NCBI RefSeq assembly: GCF_963853765.1
Contig: NC_088862.1
Location: 21,700,001-21,764,000, forward strand
Reading direction: 5' to 3'
DNA from: Magallana gigas
Lineage: Eukaryota
Length of the DNA: 64,000 nt
A program made the position numbers and the translations under genes. The notes below the pieces were generated by a model that made no database searches, was not told where the DNA came from, and was given only the letters and a program-made list of their open reading frames with translations. This document shows, piece after piece, positions 1-13,425 of the stretch. Each line of letters begins with the position of its first letter. The first letter of the stretch is position 1.

Positions 1-1574
1 CAAATTGTGGACCAAAAAACCCCCCAAACCTGCTGAAAGGGGCGCAAATCGCGCATGCATATTGTAATTTAAAAAACAAAAAATCACGCATATGGTTAGA
101 ATTGAAAGATGCAAATCACGCCAAAGACTATATATTTAAAAGAAATCCAATTTCATTAAAATGAGACAGATGCAACTTGCACTCCATTGGCTTATGACAA
201 GCATCAATGAAATGTTGATGATTCTAAATCATAACCAATAAATGATCCAGAGCATTCCTCAAAGTGTTGATGACAATACACTGTTGCCCAGTCCATTACT
301 TTGTGAATAAACTCCATTTTTCCAGAACAAATTTTGCTAATATCTGGAGAACGAACTGATACACCATGATTTTTACAAACGTAGAAAATGCACTATTCAC
401 CTTACGTTTCCAAGACAATTGATTCAAATTAAACGGGGAAAATTTGAGACTATATAATTCAAGTTTGTAATAAAGTAAAAAACCAATATCTGACAAAGCT
501 GCCTCGAAATTGTTTATAGCATCCTTATGTATTGTGAGCTTGACCAATACTGTTGTCACTACAATGGATACTAATAATCTTTCGAGTTTTATTACTACCC
601 AACAAATACTACTACACAATTGTGGGATGTAACTGCACCTGAACCATACAACGAATTCCAAGGCACAAGATGTTGGACAATTCCTGATCAAAATGATCTT
701 GATTTAAACTCTATGCCCGATGAATAATAGATAAACCTATAATTCAAAAAATGGAATCTAAACATACGAAAAAATTCATTTGATGATAAAGTTAAAAACG
801 AAGATTTAGTTAATTTCAACTTAACCAAAACAACAGTATTGGACAGAATATAAAACATGAAAATGGTCTTATAGTAAGACTTGTAAGCTGCAGACTCCAC
901 CTTTTTATTTGCATGCAAAATGAGTGCATCTGACATTCTGTTGTCTGAGTATTTAAGAACTACAAAACATTGTTCAACATTGATGAATAAAGCAATTTGG
1001 TTAATGGTGCAGAGTTTAAATGTAGAAATATAAAATTCTTTTTTTTTTTATAGTTGTACATGTACTAGATGATGCAGCAAAATTCTGCAGAGATTGAAAC
1101 TATAACATTGTACCATTTGATTGTTTACTTGCATAAATGATCCTAACCAGTTTGTTTAGTCTTGGATGTTTCAAAAACACTTTTATAGCATCATTAGAAA
1201 AAGTAACATGCCTGTAACTGAAATCCACTACTCCACTAGTGCAAAGAAAACTATTGTAAAAGCAACCTGAAAAAAAGCCGTTTCAAATTCAGAAAAGCAC
1301 AAATGTAGTAAAACGCCGACAACGCTATTCAACATATGTAATATGCTAGGTTATCTAATATCTTGACATTTATTATTTTTCTTGTAACAAGCTTTACAAT
1401 AAATGAATCAACTTGATTCTTCCAGTGGTGTAAATTGATGACAAAACTAATCCCTGATATATAACATTTACATGAAGCAGTAAAAAAAGGCAGACCACTC
1501 TCTGACAGGTAAGCTATAAAATTGATAACAAAATCAACTGGAAGGGGTAAAGTTGTAAATATCAAGGTACACAA

Positions 1575-1785
1575 TACTGTGGTTTCATTAATATTCAAGG
1601 GTGTCAATTTTCGTGGATAAAATGAAAATCACAGTTTTAAGGACACGTAAATTCGTTGCAAATGACCCTATCAAAACAAAATGTTAATAGAAATTGCATT
1701 TCAATGAATACTTAATTTTGAGGATCAACTTAATAACAAAATTCACGAAAATTGGTATTCAACGAATATTGATGAAACCACAGTA
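1575..1785. mobile_element. MITE, Tc1/mariner-type (TA-flanked), ~210 bp
   Basis: Terminal inverted repeats TACTGTGGTTTCATTAATATT ... AATATTGATGAAACCACAGTA. A related copy lies in opposite orientation at 43240-43456. Confidence 0.8.
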
Positions 1786-2959
1786 GCAGTTTAATAACAA
1801 TTTAAATCAATTGTTTAAGTGTAAATATACTTGTATTTATTACTACAACGTTGGTTCTCGGGATCAACAACTAACGTACGGTAGATATGCAAAATACAAA
1901 TAGTACCTAATATTTAAGCTACTACTTCACACATGCAAAAACTATAATCCCCTAAATTAGGAATAAGAAATATAAAATGTTACTACAATTAGATACACTG
2001 GTCTAAAAAATGTTTGAATGTTACATGTATCGTGGGATTTGTGCGAGTTTTATTGAATTTCATTTCTATTTATAAAAATGTTTTGTGTAGAATTTTTTTC
2101 TCTATATTTATTATTCAATTATATATATTTATCAAAATGTTTTGTGTAGAATTTTTTTTTATTTTAAACTCATTTTAGATTATCATTTTGTTCCTATAGT
2201 TAAAGCTATACACGCCATATCAAAATATGTATAGAAATAATTCCAGAGTATTTTTAATACTTCGCTAGAAGTTTAGTTTTGTTTATAACATTATAAGGAT
2301 TATAAATGAAAAATCTGAAAATTGTTATATAAAAACTCAATACGATTTTAAGTAAAAAATATCTTTGTTTTTGAATTTACAAAATGTTTCTCAAAGATTG
2401 CAGTCATTTTGGCAACAACTAATGTCCCCAGGAGAGTTGTGTATATTATAAAAAGAACCCGTTATGAATAACAAGTTTCCAGATGACCGATAATAGAAAA
2501 AACAAGCAATGTGCTGAGCCTATTTTGTTAAGATAATAAAATGTTTCCCGACGACACCTTTTTTTCGACTTTTATGCAACTGCAGTTAACTTCCCTTTGC
2601 TCAATACGTCACTTGCAGCAACACGTATAGAATACCGTTATTTCATGACCATGGAAACAGTTGAATATAAAAGGATGAGTTAACGCGCACGCTCTAAGAC
2701 CAGGAAGTGTGGAGTTATTGCCCTTGAATTAACAAATAATATGCTTAATTGCATGCAAAAAACAGGATTTATCCATATTTGAGTTCAGAAGAAAGTTGCA
2801 TAATTTTTTATTTGTTAGAATAAAATTACTCTTGCAGTTTCTACATTTGCGGTCAGTTTGATGCTTTGCATTAAAATTGTTCTGTTTACTTTTGTTCTGA
2901 ATGCGTTGTCCCACAACCTACAAAATGACCACGTTTTTGCTTCGATATTCATGTATTGA

Positions 2960-3885
2960 TTATAAATTTTACTTATTCATATTTTATTACGCGATGACCA
3001 GTCAGGGCTCAAAATGATGTTCTAAGAAAAATGCTGAAATGTTACTGTAACGGCAGCTCTGCTTGTACATTGAAACATACTCAAGAAATTATCAATAGCT
3101 TTTCTGATTTTATTTTTTGAAAGTTTTCATAATGAATCAATACAAGGTACCTGAGATTAAAATATAACACATTTGTGATAGCAATTGAAAGTTCGAATAT
3201 CAGTTTAGGGAGGATCTTAATAAACTTGGTTATATGCAATTGAGAAATAAACATATACAGAGATAAAAATGGGGATTTATAGGTAACATGTAAAAGAGCT
3301 GCTACTGGTCTTTACTGAAATACTAGATATAAACAGACACACCGTAGTTTTAATTAAATACATGCATATTTATTTAGTGATATTTACATGCTAGTCTAAA
3401 TTATTTGCTTTTTCTGTGATAAATGATTTTCAACATAAACTGATTTTTGAATAATAAAACCGTTCAATAATTACATTAAAGTCTTACCTGCTTATGATTT
3501 GTCCCAGTGTTCTAACCTTGTCGCATTTTGTCGACTTTTTTAAAGTGATAAATTGTTCTTAAAATGAATATAAGGAAAGGTTTTCTAGAATGTTTTACAT
3601 GTTCTTTACAGGTATTTATTCCCCTTTTTAAGGCACTGGACCTCTCGATTGCAAAGTTTTTCAATTTTTGTTAAGAAAAACTTAAGTTAGAAAACTAATA
3701 TATAATTGATGGATACATAAAACGTTGTGTGTCTTCTTTTATTGACTTTCAAATTGTTGATATCAAAAAATCTTAATTTTATTTTTGTATTCTGATATAT
3801 CTAATTTTTTTTTATTTTTTAATCGTTATTTTGCCTTAACTATTAATATGCATGAAACAGAACACATTCGTACCTTTATCGATAA
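2960..3885 (+). pseudogene. Non-coding relic of a lectin-cluster unit (upstream block fused to intron-1-like sequence, no exon 1)
   Basis: ~2980-3170 aligns by eye to ~4520-4750 (upstream of lectin copy 1). ~3165-3885 aligns to ~14965-15610 (intron 1 of copy 2), e.g. CTACTGGTCTTTACTGAAATAC and CGTTGTGTGTCTTCTTTTATT in both. No signal-peptide exon lies between the two blocks. Confidence 0.55.
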
Positions 3886-4189
3886 TAGGATTTTAAGTAT
3901 TTCATTGATTACACCCGCCACTCTCATTACCTATGATATTGTTTTCCATACAAAATAAATGGTTAATACGTAATACTAATATATGGCTTAAGATAATTTA
4001 CATAGCAGTTAAATGGTTAACACGCCTTATGACTTTGAACATTTGAAGGATATGTCCAAATTCTAAGATTAACTTCACCTTGACCTACATATCTATAGGT
4101 TCTTCGAGATTTTTGTTTCCAAGGGAGTTTTGTTTTTCGCAGACTGACTGGCTTTGAATGTTGAATGATGATAGCAAAAGAAGCATAAC

Positions 4190-4560
4190 TCACAAATTAC
4201 TCGCGTACACTAGGATGATTCTTATGATCTTCAAAAACACGTGTGGTGCTCAGCCAAGAACAAATTACCCTTGTCAGTACGGTTAATTTAAAGTATATGA
4301 CATGTGTTGAAGCCGAAAAAAAATGTTCGGACTCTCTGGTGTTTGAAGAACTCTGGGTGATGAAATTTCGAGGCAACAAATGTCAACTTAATTTTAAGTG
4401 ACAAATTAAAATCTGGTAGTATATTTCAACTATATAATTATAATATATGAATAATTTCCAATTGCCATCAAAGCGTGTGGTATGGTATTTTTCAAAGACC
4501 TTAACGCACATCAATTGTTGCGTTTTATTACGAGATAACCAGTCAGGGGTCATATTATTT
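4190..4560 (+). repeat. Dispersed duplicated block, copy A (pairs with 7945-8340)
   Basis: GTACACTAGGATGATTCTTATGATCTTCAAAAACACGTGTGGTGCTCAGCCAAG vs GTACAATAGGATGATTCTCATGATCTTCAAAAATACGTCTGGTGCTCCGCCAAG; similarity continues for ~350 bp. Confidence 0.75.
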
Positions 4561-4776
4561 GGTATATGAAAGTTGATAAAATTCAACATCACTGGAATGA
4601 CAGCTGTGCTTGTACATTCAACATAATGAGAAAATTATTTAAAGATTTTCTGAATTATTAATTGAAAATTGAAATTTTAATTATTAATAATTGTTTAGAA
4701 TTTTAATCATGAATCAATGTAAGGCACTTAAATAAAAATACAACACATTTGTTGAACGAAGAATTATTTTCCCGGC

Positions 4777-4830
4777 TTGCCAGCCAGCACGCAAGATGTA
4801 CTTTTATGTATTACATTTCATTTTAATGTT
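4777..4830 (+). promoter_or_regulatory. Conserved non-coding block upstream of lectin start codons
   Basis: TTGCCAGCCAGCACGCAAGATGTACTTTTATGTATTACATTTCATTTT recurs ~110-170 bp before the ATG of copies 2 (~14611), 4 (~25590) and, partially, 5 (~34660). Confidence 0.55.
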
Positions 4831-4938
4831 TGATTTTGTGGAGTAATGTTACACATATAAATTAGGTGTAAAAGGTGTTGAAAGTACAAATAGTATAGCA
4901 TTTTTTCTAATAATTTTCTTTATTGTCATTAGGTTAGA

Positions 4939-6637
4939 ATGTTACTAGGATACTTTCAGTTCTTGGTTTTAATTCTAGTAAGCAGCTACCAAACAGAAGG
5001 TAAGATACAGGTAGATTCTTTAAACTTATAATTACACATAAAGCGGGGAAATGCACCGGAAAGCAATATAATAGCAAAAATGTCAAATATCTCTTTATTG
5101 ACATTTCTCCTGTTTTTACCTGATAAATTGACGAATAGAAAAAACATGACTGGAAGTTAAAATTAACAAATCAGAATTTTAACAAGACAAACACAAGTAT
5201 TCACCTTAAGGATGATCCTTCCATATACATTTCGATTAACTTATATAGCACCATTTTTACCTTGAACTTTTATCATGTTCTAATATATAATTATGTTTTC
5301 TTGTTCTTTTTCCATTGGCTAAACAACTGAACTAAAGAATTCTAAGGTTATGCATAAAATATAGTGTTTTGAAATAAATGATTGTAGGTTTTAGGTCTAA
5401 TTGATTCTAACAGTTTGATATTTCCTACATTCAAAACAGGTCATGAGACTACCTGCAGATACCCGTACAGAGAGGTTGGCACCAGTTGTTTTTACTTCAG
5501 TTCAGACAAAGCATCATGGGACGAAGCTTACGTCAGTTCTATTTTTTTTAAATCTTACTTCGATATTTTTATCTTCGAAAGAGTAACGTCAGTTCAATGT
5601 CATTATCTTTCCCTCTTCTCGAAGAAAAACAGGACCATTATTCTTTTTTTCTCTAGTACCTATAAAGTATCTCATGATAAAGAAACAATTGTTTTTGTCT
5701 TTCATTCATTTTTTCGACCTATCGATCTATTTTCAAAAGTCTCGAGCAATAGTTTGACTTCATAAAATTAATGACATCATCATCTTATCGGCATAATTAT
5801 ATATCTAGTATTTTGTATCTTTTTAGATTCATTGCTTACATAAAGGAGGATATTTGGCAAATTTAGAAACGTTCAATGAATATATCTTTCTCCGCTCCTG
5901 GCTTGCTGCTTTAAATAATGGTAAGTACACAGATTTTAAGAATACATATGTTGGAGAAAAAATGATTTCCCAAAAGAAAAAGAGTGGGAAGGACATGAAT
6001 AGCAAATCACTTAAAAATTACTTATTGTAATTTGTCTCATTTGTAGTGCAATTGTGAAGGGGTGGTATAACTACTTTTTATTGGAAGTGTAATTGGACAT
6101 TTATAATGTAATGACTACTTTCCTGGTTAGGAAGTTGAGACTTAAAAATGTTTATTGTCTGCAGATATGAAGATAGTTACGTGTAAAAGCGATTTTAAAT
6201 TATATTTATTTTCCAAAAGGGAACGCAACACACTCAATTAAACTTTTTTAAAATATCGTTGTTTGCAGTAATTTTACAACAATATTTAATATTCGAAATG
6301 TTTAACTAAGAAAAATTAATGTTAACGACATTTTTTCGGATGTTTTATCGACTCTACTATCAATTAAATGAAGGTGAGTAATATAAGTCTAAAAATATTT
6401 TTAGGCAGGAGTTATTGGATCGGAGGACGTAATATCAATCGTGAAATACAAGGAGGAGATTGGAGATGGGTAAAAAATGGTACCTTTTCGAAGATGTCAT
6501 ACTTTGCATTTGGACCAGGGCAGCCAAGTGGATCAAAAGGAACCCCAGAGAACTGTCTGTGGCTATATCCTGCATATAATTATCAATTCATAGATGATAT
6601 TTGTACCACCTCAGTGTATTATATTTGTGAGAAATAA
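4939..6637 (+). CDS. C-type lectin copy 1 (perlucin-like, secreted, 159 aa); exons 4939-4999, 5440-5531, 5827-5920, 6405-6637
   Basis: All introns GT-AG with consistent phases (1,0,1). Signal peptide MLLGYFQFLVLILVSSYQTEG, then long-form CTLD with six Cys: TCRYPYREVGTSCFYF..ASWDEAYIHCLHKGGYLA..YWIGG..GQPSG..ENC..IC..YICEK*. Confidence 0.93.
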
Positions 6638-7944
6638 ATATTTATCTACATTATCCTTTTCATTTTTACTTAATAAGTAAATGTCAAAACCGAGGATATA
6701 TAAACTTAATCAACCCGACATATTTTTGAAGACAGTAAAAACCCTATGTGTGTTTGCTTGTTTCATTTAATTTTTTTGAGTACCTAAAGTTAAACTTTTG
6801 TATAATAATAAAATAAAACGAGAAAAGAAATGCGATAAACAATATGTAAACGTCATGTTGTAGTCCATAGTTTGCTACTTACGACTATAGAAATATAGTC
6901 GGAAACTACTTGACGCGATTAATTCAACGACATTGCGTAATTTTAGTCCGAGGCAAAACAAATATGTCGCACAGTTTAAAATATGATGTATTATATTTTT
7001 TATTGTATGACATCTGTATGACATCTTATACCTGATACATATAGGTCCTGCAATTTGTTGAATTATTTGAGCTAACCATATTTGTTTAAGAAAAAAAAAC
7101 TATTTTTGCTCTGAAAAAGTTGTAACTGTCATCAAATATTAATTTATAGATCTGGTATGATTTGCAGCAGGGCTCAGATCTAGATTGTTGCGTACAATAC
7201 CATGCACAACGAATAACAATATTGTTACCTATTTACGTTATCTTTTAACTCAACCTTTTTAAAAATTGATGACAGTTAATACATGTTCCTTCATTGAACG
7301 GTACTTGAATACACTATAAATATGAATCAGGGTTGTTATTTAATTATATCCGCACTGTGAAATGCTATTACGCATTTAAAAAAGTCCAATGAAATATAAC
7401 ACTACGACTCCTGGAAATAAAATGGTACCTTCTTTTATTTAATTTTACAAATCTACAGTTGGAATAATTTAAGTTGAATGCGCTTATTAGTACAAACTCA
7501 TTATTTCTTTGAAAATGAAAAGCATATAGAGGTGTTCCGAGTCATAACCTAGGAATATAATAATAATAGGGAAATCTGTAAATTTGTAGGAAAAACTGTA
7601 AAGAAAAATGATTGTCAAAACTTCCAAGCTTTTGATATTACGGTGGGTTAATAGAAGGAAAAAAAAGAAATGCCAGGATATTTACTAACGGATATTTGTA
7701 CTAATAATTTTATCTTAAACAACCCCCCAAATTCTATTATTACTTAAGATATAAGTTTTTGAATCTTACAGTATCATTATTCTATTTGAAAAGGACACAT
7801 CATTTGAAATTAATCAATGAGTGCTCGACTACACGTATCGTTTAATTAAGGTGGCTCACTACATCGTAAAATATTTTCTCAAATCAGCAGAAAATTACTT
7901 GATTATGATAGATATTATATAGATATTATGATGATAGATATTAT

Positions 7945-8340
7945 AATTTCTCGCGTACAATAGGATGATTCTCATGATCTTCAAAAATACGTCTGGTGCT
8001 CCGCCAAGGGTAAGATGAAGACGAGATAACCCGTGGCCAGTTCCGTACAGAATATAGTTCGTGTTAGGGCCGAAACACAGCATAACGTAAATTTGGACAA
8101 TCTTGAGATTTGAGAGCTCTGGGTGATTAAAGGCATCAAATGTCAACTGTATTTTATCTAACATATTAAAAACTTGAAATAAAATAAATTTTAACTATTT
8201 TTCGATTAATTTTTGATATGATTATAATATATGAATGATTTCTAATTGCCATCAAAGCATGTGGTGTGGTAATTATCATATTCCTTTACGTGTTTGTAAT
8301 ATTGCGTTCATTACGAGATGACATTTCAGGGGTTATAATA
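7945..8340 (+). repeat. Dispersed duplicated block, copy B (pairs with 4190-4560)
   Basis: See copy A; shared CTCTGGGTGAT...CAAATGTCAACT and TTACGAGAT...TCAGGGGT segments. Confidence 0.75.
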
Positions 8341-8927
8341 AAATGATATACGCAGCACTGTTAAGGTTGCATATGCTTAAATTACTAAGAAATATTGCAC
8401 CAAAAACGAACTACAAATGTGATGGTAGTATTAATCAAAACTCGCATACAACTTTTCTCAAAATAGGCCTTCTATTATCTTAACTCTAGTGATCCATGTG
8501 TTGTGACACACATGTGCATTCAGCGTCATCACGTGCCTATCACGTGACATCGATATATATAAACATTTTACTACGTCACACATATTTTTCAATATTGCAA
8601 GGGCATACCCCCGTTGCACATTTATTTGTTTTGCATGTATAATTTTAATGTGATCTCCTTCACCCAAAAATCACTGCTGCTTTAATGGAATCGAGGTAAT
8701 TACAACGCCATATCCAAAAATACACTCGACAATCCATCATTCACTGGGGTATCAAGTCATTTTTCATCAACGAATAAGACAAACTGGAGAATAAAACAAA
8801 GCAGCAGCATTTTTCAGTTACTTCAAAACCTTCTTGATCACTGTGTAAAATATCAAAAGTATCCATGCAGGTAATGCCCTTGCGAAAGTGCGTTGAATAT
8901 GATATACATGTATTTTCTTTAACTTAA

Positions 8928-9420
8928 AGGGGCATGGTCACGATTTTGGTCAAAAATTATTTTTCTGATTTAAATATTTACAATGCTTCATTAAGGTATT
9001 TTTAATATGCAACCGAAATTTGAGTGTTATTTGTTGAGTTATAAGCGAGTTACAGAGCTTGAAAATCTTCGCTATGTAAACAAAGCGTTTGTTTACATTT
9101 TGAACGTTGAAGTAAAAATTTTGGTTTTAAACCTAAAACGAAAGTGTTAAACGTTAGGAACTGTTTATCTATGCTTAAAATAAGTAAATAGATAGACAAA
9201 TAAGCTGGAAAAAGATTTTTTACAAGTATATTGAACCTATGTAAACAAAAACAGGGCACGAGCCTTGTTTACATGACAAAGAATTGTGTGCCCTGTATCA
9301 TGCTTATAACTCTACGAATGACTCTCAAATTAAATTTGATCATTAGAAAATCATTTCTAAAGCATTGTAAATTATGGAAACATAAAAATAAAATTTGACC
9401 AAAATCGTGACCATGCCCCT
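8928..9420. mobile_element. Non-autonomous DNA transposon, TTAA target duplication, AG...CT ends (Kolobok-like), 493 bp
   Basis: Perfect 27-bp TIR AGGGGCATGGTCACGATTTTGGTCAAA; TTAA at 8924-8927 and 9421-9424. Superfamily inferred from TTAA plus purine-purine start. Confidence 0.85.
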
Positions 9421-10697
9421 TTAACCCCCTTTTCAAACGCAATGCCGATCTAGATTTCGGTTAAGGGAAATAACTCTGTAGATATAGTGTTGCGGAAAAT
9501 TTGAATTACATTATGAACATTTTGCGATATTTTCCCTTGGTTGTATTGCTGGGGGCAAAATTGTAACTTAAATATAAATAAATATTACACATTTATAAAT
9601 TTCAAGTGACAGCGAGGGTCAGTAATTCATCAACAGAAAAAAACATGAGAGATAACTACGACATGCATTACCTCTTTATATTCCATAACCCCCTCCCTCT
9701 CTCTCCCCCCCCCCCCCCCCCGATCCGTGCATGTATTCAGCGACTATCAAAGCCCTGCATTTTTTCATTTTATTTTTTACCTGCTTTGCCAATTTAATCA
9801 ATAATTGGTGAATGAAATATATTTTAAACCACATTCTTCCTCAAAACTGCTGTTTATTTTTTTGAAAGTATTCCTCAACATTGCTGTTTATTTTTAAGAA
9901 AGTACAAGCACAAAACTACTACCCCCACCACCTTCCTAATGAACATATACTTAAACAACAATACATCAACAATGTAAATTCCTAGATTTTGAGTGTTTAT
10001 CACAACAACAAATACATAGATTTTCAAACATTTATTATTCATTTTTCAAGGGAATACTGAAGAAATAACTCATAGTCAGGAAACTGTTAACAAATAAATC
10101 ACGGTTTAAATAAATAATATTTGCATATTAAGATTAATTTTGACTGTTTAAGTTTTAAATATCATTGTTAATAATTAAAAAAAAACCCAAGAGTTGCAAA
10201 ATCCTAAGCTTAGATTCAACATATAAATACATATACAAAGATTAGGTTTGTATATATATAATTAACAGATATAATCATGTTGATATTTCTGTTTGGAGGT
10301 TATAAATGCACATAATTGTTTTCCTCGTACAAAATCATGCCGATGGTTTCCACATAGGAAAAAGCTTGGTAACTGGCAGGAACATAGGGAGGTAGAACCA
10401 GCCAATTCACTAATTGATGCAGATGGTCTCATGCATAAACCTACAAAAAACACAACATTGTATATTTTAGCACTTGCACTTTACAACAGTATAAACTAAA
10501 CAATGTCAAATGACAAAAAAGTAAACTTTCACCCTGGGAAATCTTTTTTGATAATTAAAAGACAATCCTATGAGCAAAGAATTAGCCTCTGATGTTTATT
10601 CAAAGTTCTTGTAAACAATAGTGGACACAAAAGATGCTAAGATGGACACACAGTTACATAGAAGAATAGTTGGAAATGCCACTTGGGCATTTACATG

Positions 10698-10783
10698 TAC
10701 AGTGGGGCCTCAGATATCCGGACGCCAGATAACCGGACGCTTCAGTTTACGGACGATTTTATTTGGGAACAGATTTTTTATAC

Positions 10784-10819
<36 letters not shown>

Positions 10820-11365
10820 AGATCCGGACGGTCTGTTTTTACCACAAAACACTGATTTACTACTAATCTTGCTTCATTTAACCGGACAGTAAAAATTGAT
10901 GATACCCTACTCAGTACAAAAGATTACCCCTGTCAATTAAGTTTCACACCTTTTTTACATGCTAGACCCCATATAGCAACACATGCTAGAGTTGTCTGTT
11001 GATATGAACGTTTTTATATATAAAGAACTCTGCTTTATTTTATTATTTTGTCATGAAATATTAACCGGACAATAATGATAACCGAATCTAGCTAAATTCT
11101 TTGTGTCTAAGTGTGATATGTGTGTGATACACTGATGTTTGCAATTTTCCAATTTTTGAAAGTGATTTGGGAAGACAGTGTGTTTATACAAGCTACTCAT
11201 GAGTATGAAAGGCAAAAGACCTAGTATCAACACTGGGAGCTATTGTATACAAATACATTATCATTCAAGACAACAATAGACACATTTCAGATATCCGGAT
11301 ACTTCACCTATCCAGACCATTGGACTTAAGAACAAAAGCGTCCGGATAACTGAGGCTCCACTGTA
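10698..11365. mobile_element. MITE, Tc1/mariner-pogo type (TA-flanked), ~670 bp
   Basis: TIR TACAGTGGGGCCTCAGATATCCGGACGC vs reverse complement of the right end TACAGTGGAGCCTCAGTTATCCGGACGC (26/28); internal CCGGAC repeats. Confidence 0.85.
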
Positions 11366-12764
11366 CATGTATTTTATGTTCTTTCTTCCTAAATTTTGAT
11401 TTCTTTATATAAATATATATTATTATTAACATTACAGATTTTCTTGTGGCAATTAACAAATGTTCCCAATATACTGAAGAAAATCAAGAGAACTTAATAC
11501 TCCAAGATAACTTAGGTATAAATGCTTACAATAGCAGAAAGAACCCCCCCCCCCTCCCATTAAAAAAAATTATCGTCAAGGGATAATGCTAAGCAATCAA
11601 TGTTTGCGATATAGTGTATACTCTCAGAGCAAGTTTAATTACATTTCAGGCAGAGTGAAAACACACAAATGCATGCAGGGTAGTCTCTACCCACAGAATA
11701 TAATATATGTATAAGGCACTGTATTTTTAAATCTTACCAAAAACATGTTATATGCATTTGGATAAATTCAACTTAGTGGCTGAAGCAGTTGATTGTAATG
11801 AGTCACTGGAGCATACAGCATATGGAATCAAACACCATGACACAGGTACCCCGCACCTTTCACCTCTTCTACACAACACAAGTAGTCTACATGTACAAAT
11901 GAAGTACATGTATAAGCTATGGCATAAATGAAGCCATCAAATTACCAGTAATTTAGACTTGAACTAAAATTTTATGCAGAGATACAAGTAATAGTTGATC
12001 AGTATGATGTCTTTGAGGCTGGCGATCAGCTAATAAAGGTGTGAAAGACAAAAAATAGCACCTCATATTTTGAAACCTCAAAGCTATCACTCTTTTTCTT
12101 TCTAGATTATGTATTCCGGTCAATTAAAACAAATAAAATCAAAATTTTATTGTGCACTACATAAATGCTTTGAATCGGCATAGCGCGGCCTTAACTCCAG
12201 ATAAGTTTCATGAAAACTTTTGACTGACCCCTGTCATTGAAAGCAAGGTGTACAGTAAATGCATGATCCAAGTTGAATGAAGGTGATGGCAATCTAGTTG
12301 CAGCTATTAACAATGTAATGCTACCTAACAAGGATAACTGTATTGCTTTGAAAAATGTTTTAATTGTCTGCAAGAACGCGCCTGACAAATAATTTCATTT
12401 AAAAATTGTCCTGATAAATTAAACATGTTAAAAAACCTGATCATGTTGATAGTTAAGACAGGTCAGCAAAACAGCACAACATTAGAGACTCAGAGATAAT
12501 AATTCTCACAGCAATTAACCTATATTGTATCATATTTTTTTTATTTTACATATACAGGTAATATAATTATGACTCAAAGTTATATTGAAATTAATTCTAA
12601 ATATTTACATTTTCCAGTATCTTTGCCTGTGATAACACTACGTATCGATTTTGTACTATATAACCCATAATACAAATGACGCCAAATCGAGGCGCCAGCG
12701 GGGTTTGCTTATTAATATTTAAATACAAAATCATACGATGGCTTAAAATTAAGTAAATATTAGT

Positions 12765-12912
12765 AATAAAGAATCATTCTTTGAGTAGTATGAGCTGATA
12801 ATTTCGGTTGGGCGTGATCAAATCTATCACAAAGCCCTTCGGGCTTTATTGGATTTGATCGCGCCGCGACCAAAATTATCACCTCATAATACTCAAAGAA
12901 TGATTCCTTATT
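12765..12912. repeat. Foldback (palindromic) mini-element, ~150 bp
   Basis: AATAAAGAATCATTCTTTGAGTAGTATGAG... pairs with ...CTCATAATACTCAAAGAATGATTCCTTATT around a central AAAGCCC-TTC-GGGCTTT. Confidence 0.8.
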
Positions 12913-13310
12913 CTTTATATAAATATTAAGACTCTTTAATGTCAATGTAAACAAGCTGAGCAGTGACATTTTTATTTGAAGCCAAATGGATCGATCAGCG
13001 GTCAGAAGTGATACTTTAGAGCAATTTGTCAGAGTAAAACTGATTTCTTTTAATTAATTGCTTTATGTGATTCCGTTAAACTGATCAACCAATGAGTTTG
13101 TCAACACAAAATAAACATGCTGCTCATAATTAAGAAGAAACACATAATTTCATCATTTTTGGAAGATCAACATGGTTCGAGAGAGGTGTGTGTTAAATGG
13201 ATTAGGCAACAAGCAAAGTTAATTTAAAGTTAAATAAAACATAAATAAAAAACATAACATATGAATGAAAAGTATTGTATTTTATTTTCTTAGTATAAAT
13301 ATATTTTTCC

Positions 13311-13425
13311 CCGTGGGTACGAGTTGACTAGTGAAGTCGTACTCAAATATTTGGGTACGAGTGAACCACATAGTTAAGGGTATGACCTGACCATTTGAGT
13401 ACGAGTTGGTTTGGGTGCGACTTGA
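13311..13425 (+). repeat. Degenerate short repeat array with core GGGTACGAGTTG
   Basis: Variants gggtacgagttgac, gggtacgagtgaac, gggtatgacctgac, gagtacgagttggt, gggtgcgacttgac within ~115 bp. Confidence 0.6.

Noticed and set aside
296-1607. ORFs 296-691, 688-936 and 1329-1607 on the minus strand
   Set aside because: No recognisable domain, signal or splice-consistent structure; other frames are stop-ridden. Possibly a decayed element, but not supportable.
5040-5060. GGGGAAATGC as an NF-kB site in a lectin intron
   Set aside because: Does not fit GGGRNNYYCC and is not conserved in the other copies.
6882-6901. 8-bp stem with GAAA loop (possible Helitron 3' hairpin)
   Set aside because: No CTRR terminus follows; such short stems arise by chance.
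10262-10499. Opposing ORFs with a plausible minus-strand acceptor at ~10443
   Set aside because: No partner exon or recognisable motif found.
13311-13425. Short repeats considered as a CRISPR-like array
   Set aside because: Eukaryotic context, irregular spacing, degenerate repeats, no cas genes.
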